A stretch of DNA of 64,000 bases from Pecten maximus (taxonomy: Eukaryota). The notes beneath the pieces were generated by a model, which was not told the origin of the DNA, did not search any database, and saw nothing but the letters and a program-made list of their open reading frames with translations. The stretch is taken from contig NC_047023.1 in NCBI RefSeq assembly GCF_902652985.1, forward strand, positions 13,454,001 to 13,518,000, read 5' to 3'. Both the position numbers and the translations under genes were made by a program. Shown in pieces: positions 62,515 to 64,000 of this stretch. How positions within the stretch are numbered: position 1 is the stretch's first letter; every line of letters starts with the position of its first letter.

Positions 62515-64000
62515 GATGTGCATCTCACTTTCTTTTCCTCAAAATTATGGTTGCTATGGCAACTGGTCACTATAAACAGGTTTTCCGATAAGAACCATTA
62601 CTTTAAGTTTGTCCGGACAACTGCTAAACCAAAGGGCCGATTTCAATGAAACTTCACACAAATATAGAGGATCATGTTTAGATGTGCATCTCACTTTTTT
62701 TCCCCTCAAAACTATGGTTGCTATGGCAACTGGTCACTATAAACAGGTTTTCCGATAAGAACCATAACTTTAAGTTTGTCCGGATAACTCCTCCTAAACC
62801 GAAGGGCCGATTTCAATGAAGCTTCACACAAATATAGAGGACCATGTGTAGATGTGCATCTCACTTTTTCCCCTCAAAACTATGGTTGCTATGGCAACTG
62901 GTCACTATAAACAGGTTTTCCGATAAGAACCATAACTTTAAGTTTGTCCAGACAACTCCTCCTAAACCGAAGGGCCGATTTCAATGAAACTTCACACAAA
63001 TATAGAGGACCATGTGTAGATGTGCATCTCACTTTCTTTTCCTCAAAATTATGGTTGCTATGGCAACTGGTCACTATAAACAGGTTTTCCGATAAGAACC
63101 ATTACTTTAAGTTTGTCCGGACAACTCCTCCTAAACCGAAGGGCCGATTTCAATGAAGCTTCACACAAATATAGAGGACCATGTGTAGATGTGCATCTCA
63201 CTTTTGTCCCCTCAAAACTATGGTTGCTATGGCAACTGGTCACTATAAACAGGTTTTCCGATAAGAACCATAACTTTAAGTTTGTCCGGACAACTCCTCC
63301 TAAACCGACGGGCCGATTTCAATGAAGCTTCACACAAATATAGAGGACCATGTGTAGATGTGCATCTCACTTTCTTTTCCTCAAAATTATGGTTGCTATG
63401 GCAACTGGTCACTATAAACAGGTTTTCCGATAAGAACCATAACTTTAAGTTTGTCCGGACAACTCCTCCTAAACCGACGGGCCGATTTCAATGAAGCTTC
63501 ACACAAATATAGAGGACCATGTGTAGATGTGCATCTCACTTTTTTCCCCTCAAAACTATGGTTGCTATGGCAACTGGTCACTATAAACAGGTTTTCCGAT
63601 AAGAACCATAACTTTAAGTTTGTCCGGACAACTCCTCCTAAACCGAAGGGCCGATTTCAATGAAGCTTCACACAAATATAGAGGACCATGTGTAGATGTG
63701 CATCTCACTTTCTTTTCCTCAAAATTATGGTTGCTATGGCAACTGGTCACTATAAACAGGTTTTCCGATAAGAACCATAACTTTAAGTTTGTCCGGATAA
63801 CTCCTAAACCGAAGGGCCGATTTCAATGAAGCTTCACACAAATATAGAGGACCATGTGTAGATGTGCATCTCACTTTCTTTTCCTCAAAATTATGGTTGC
63901 TATGGCAACTGGTCACTATAAACAGGTTTTCCGATAAGAACCATAACTTTAAGTTTGTCCGGATAACTCCTAAACCGACGGGCCGATTTCAATGAAGCTT
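62515..64000. repeat. 169-bp satellite DNA array (continues past window end)
   Basis: About 9 near-identical units (repeated ORFs at 169-nt spacing); two subtypes, TTCCTCAAAATTATGG and CCCCTCAAAACTATGG. Confidence 0.98.

Noticed and set aside
62889-63916. Repeated 60-70 aa ORFs on both strands
   Set aside because: Artefacts of the 169-bp satellite; the period is not a multiple of 3 and there is no splice or domain evidence.

Overview
AT-rich, intron-containing animal DNA, most likely from a bivalve mollusc (inferred from the myosin-chitin synthase fusion and the repeat families). The + strand carries three genes in a row: (1) the last two exons of a chitin synthase (1-2348); (2) a complete 29-exon myosin-motor/chitin synthase fusion gene (26469-55196; all GT-AG junctions phase-checked by hand; 6822 nt, 2273 aa); (3) the first coding exon of an unidentified secreted protein (61852-61938), missed by the ORF track. 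Between and inside the genes are SINEs, MITEs, a Kolobok-like element, a Helentron/HINE-like element with an 876-bp tandem duplication, an internally scrambled mariner fossil, several minisatellites and a 169-bp satellite. The most unusual item is a 49-bp tandem repeat (about 8631-9035) whose minus-strand unit is essentially a whole minimal hammerhead ribozyme. Its palindromic stem III is completed by the neighbouring unit. No single copy is fully canonical, so activity is unproven. Also notable are PxxDY/PPxY motifs in both chitin synthase tails and an IQ-less motor with a possibly skippable loop-2 exon. Repeat family names are from recalled motifs, not database searches.
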